Assembly: GCA_951406725.2 (NCBI GenBank)
Contig: CATOCA020000055.1
Coordinates: 1 to 11,843, forward strand
DNA length: 11,843 nt
From: Octopus vulgaris
Lineage: Eukaryota
Reading direction: 5' to 3'
The translations under genes and the position numbers were made by a program. Positions 10,738-11,843 of this stretch are shown here, in pieces; the stretch's first letter is position 1, and every line of letters begins with the position of its first letter. The notes under the pieces were generated by a model. That model searched no databases. It saw only the letters and a list, made by a program, of their open reading frames with translations, and was not told the DNA's origin.

Positions 10738-11052
10738 TAATAATACTTAGAGGTATTACTTCCACTGCTACGACCATGACCACTAACAACAACAACAATA
10801 CTAAAGGTGATCAAGACGAAGATAGCAGGAAAATTATCTTATTTAGGGTTAAAAGTTCTATTGCCACCACCATCACCACTAGCAACAATAATTAAGGTGC
10901 TGACAATGATGATGATGACAATTGAAATATAAAAATATAAAAATCTCTGACAAAGGATATTTACAACATTTCTAAAAATAACCCAACAATTGCTGCTTCG
11001 GCCAGGGTCAAGATACAGGACTCTTGACCTGTCCAACAAAGCGTGATGCCTA

Positions 11053-11198
11053 AACCAATCAGCTCAACCAACCAATCAGCTTAAGTAATTGAGTGATACT
11101 ACACACTGATTGGTCAGAATACAGTTTGCAAAACCTAGCACTCTGGAGCCTACCCAGCTGTATTTATAGCACAGAATCACTCATCTTGCTACAGTCAA
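11053..11198 (+). promoter_or_regulatory. Putative Pol II promoter in the 3' UTR of copy B, pointing rightward
   Basis: AACCAATCAG twice (CCAAT 11055-11059, 11072-11076), CTGATTGGTC (ATTGG 11109-11113), TATTTATA 11161-11168, and Inr-like ACAGTC 11191-11196 about 30 nt downstream. Confidence 0.55.
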
Positions 11199-11231
11199 AA
11201 ATTGTGAAGCATGACTGTCAACACTACTACA

Positions 11232-11276
11232 TGAACCCGAAGATTGCAGAATTCAATGCATGAAAGTACTAGTTCA
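11232..11276 (+). ncRNA. Minimal type I hammerhead ribozyme candidate (pLTR copy 3)
   Basis: UGAAC (stem I) - CCGAAGA (core 11237-11243) - U-UGCA-GAAUUCAA-UGCA-U (stem II) - GAA - AGUACU (palindromic stem III 11265-11270) - A - GUUCA (stem I'). Predicted cut after CUA at 11271. Confidence 0.7.
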
Positions 11277-11365
11277 ATCAGAATGAATATTTAACATTCT
11301 ACTATTTCATTTTATTTTACTCAATTATAATATATTATCTTATAATATATCATTATAAGATTGTA

Positions 11366-11371
11366 AATAAA
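11366..11371 (+). promoter_or_regulatory. Possible polyadenylation signal AATAAA near the element 3' end (mirrored at 5044-5049 and 9315-9320 on the minus strand)
   Basis: The hexamer is about 40 nt from the element end. The AT-rich context makes a chance match plausible. Confidence 0.3.
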
Positions 11372-11405
11372 ACGTGAAAATCAGACAAGGTTGGAATTCT
11401 TTTTA

Positions 11406-11407
<2 letters not shown>

Positions 11408-11470
<63 letters not shown>

Positions 11471-11485
11471 GTACTTGTATATATA
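11408..11485. repeat. (TA)n/(TATG)n microsatellite flanking the PLE
   Basis: Direct inspection. Confidence 0.95.
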
Positions 11486-11745
11486 CAGACTGGTTAGTAT
11501 GTATCCTGTTGCTCCAATAACAATAAGCATGAAACTGAAAGCGCATCTTTGGGTACCGGATTTGCAAACTCACTTTCAATGGTCCTTAGATGTCCTCTTT
11601 CCCTTATATTCTTCTCACAACATTCGTGTCTCAGAGGGCAGCTAATCTCTACAAGAGACCATATCTTTTCTTTGTGGTCCCACACGACGATATCTGGCCG
11701 GTTGTGTTTTACTTTGATGGCTGTTTTAATTCTTAAGGTCCACCA
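11486..11745 (-). mobile_element. Decayed restriction-like-endonuclease (RLE) domain of an R4/NeSL-type non-LTR retrotransposon
   Basis: Minus-strand translation gives WWTLRIKTAIKVKHNRPDIVVWDHKEKIWSLVEISCP. After frameshifts it gives DTNVVRR, LQIRYP and IVIGATGYI, matching the RPD..(D/E)...P / IG..G pattern of RLE domains. Confidence 0.8.
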
Positions 11746-11843
11746 TCCGTCTCAAAATGCTCAACCTCGTTTGGAAATATGCTCAGTCATGGTCTCCTAA
11801 AGCCTACATTTCTTCTCTGCCATTGTTCTCTGCCTTCTATGCT

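Larger units (their letters stand above)
9490..11414 (+). mobile_element. 5'-truncated inverted PLE copy B
   Basis: Reverse complement of 5001-6925 (coordinates sum to 16415). Only two differences noticed (9843/6572, 11320/5095). The 3' end merges into (TA)n. Confidence 0.95.
11196..11414 (+). repeat. pLTR sequence at the 3' end of copy B
   Basis: Reverse complement of 9272-9490 and 5001-5219. Confidence 0.95.

Noticed and set aside
5001-11414. DNA transposon with 1.9-kb TIRs, or an LTR retrotransposon
   Set aside because: The inverted arms are the retroelement's own 3' half. There is no transposase, integrase, protease, PBS or TG...CA ends.
11391-11800. Plus-strand ORFs 11391-11645 and 11549-11800
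   Set aside because: They span microsatellite and the antisense strand of a decayed LINE.

Overview
AT-rich eukaryotic repeat DNA, probably cephalopod (judged only from recalled similarity of the SINE to Octopus repeats), with no host gene. The main feature is a very young Penelope-like retroelement (PLE; RT plus C-terminal GIY-YIG endonuclease, Neptune-type Cys linker) inserted in a (TA)n tract as a head-to-head composite. A full-length copy lies on the minus strand (5001-9490) and a 5'-truncated inverted copy on the plus strand (9490-11414). The full copy has a 430-aa coiled-coil/basic ORF1 that overlaps an ATG-less, -1-frame extension of the RT ORF at a U UUU UUU heptamer, a candidate programmed frameshift. 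Each of the three 219-bp terminal repeats carries a minimal hammerhead-ribozyme-like fold with a variant core (CCGAAGA). A CCAAT/TATA/Inr promoter sits in the 3' UTR. A separate small foldback element (3719-4096) shows the same head-to-head, TA-embedded layout and contains a hammerhead-like motif with a swapped G3:C8 core pair. Also present: a non-autonomous Helitron-like element, a tRNA-derived SINE, decayed CR1-type and RLE-type LINE fragments at the window edges, and long (TA)n/poly(A) tracts whose ORFs are spurious. All folds and alignments were done by eye.
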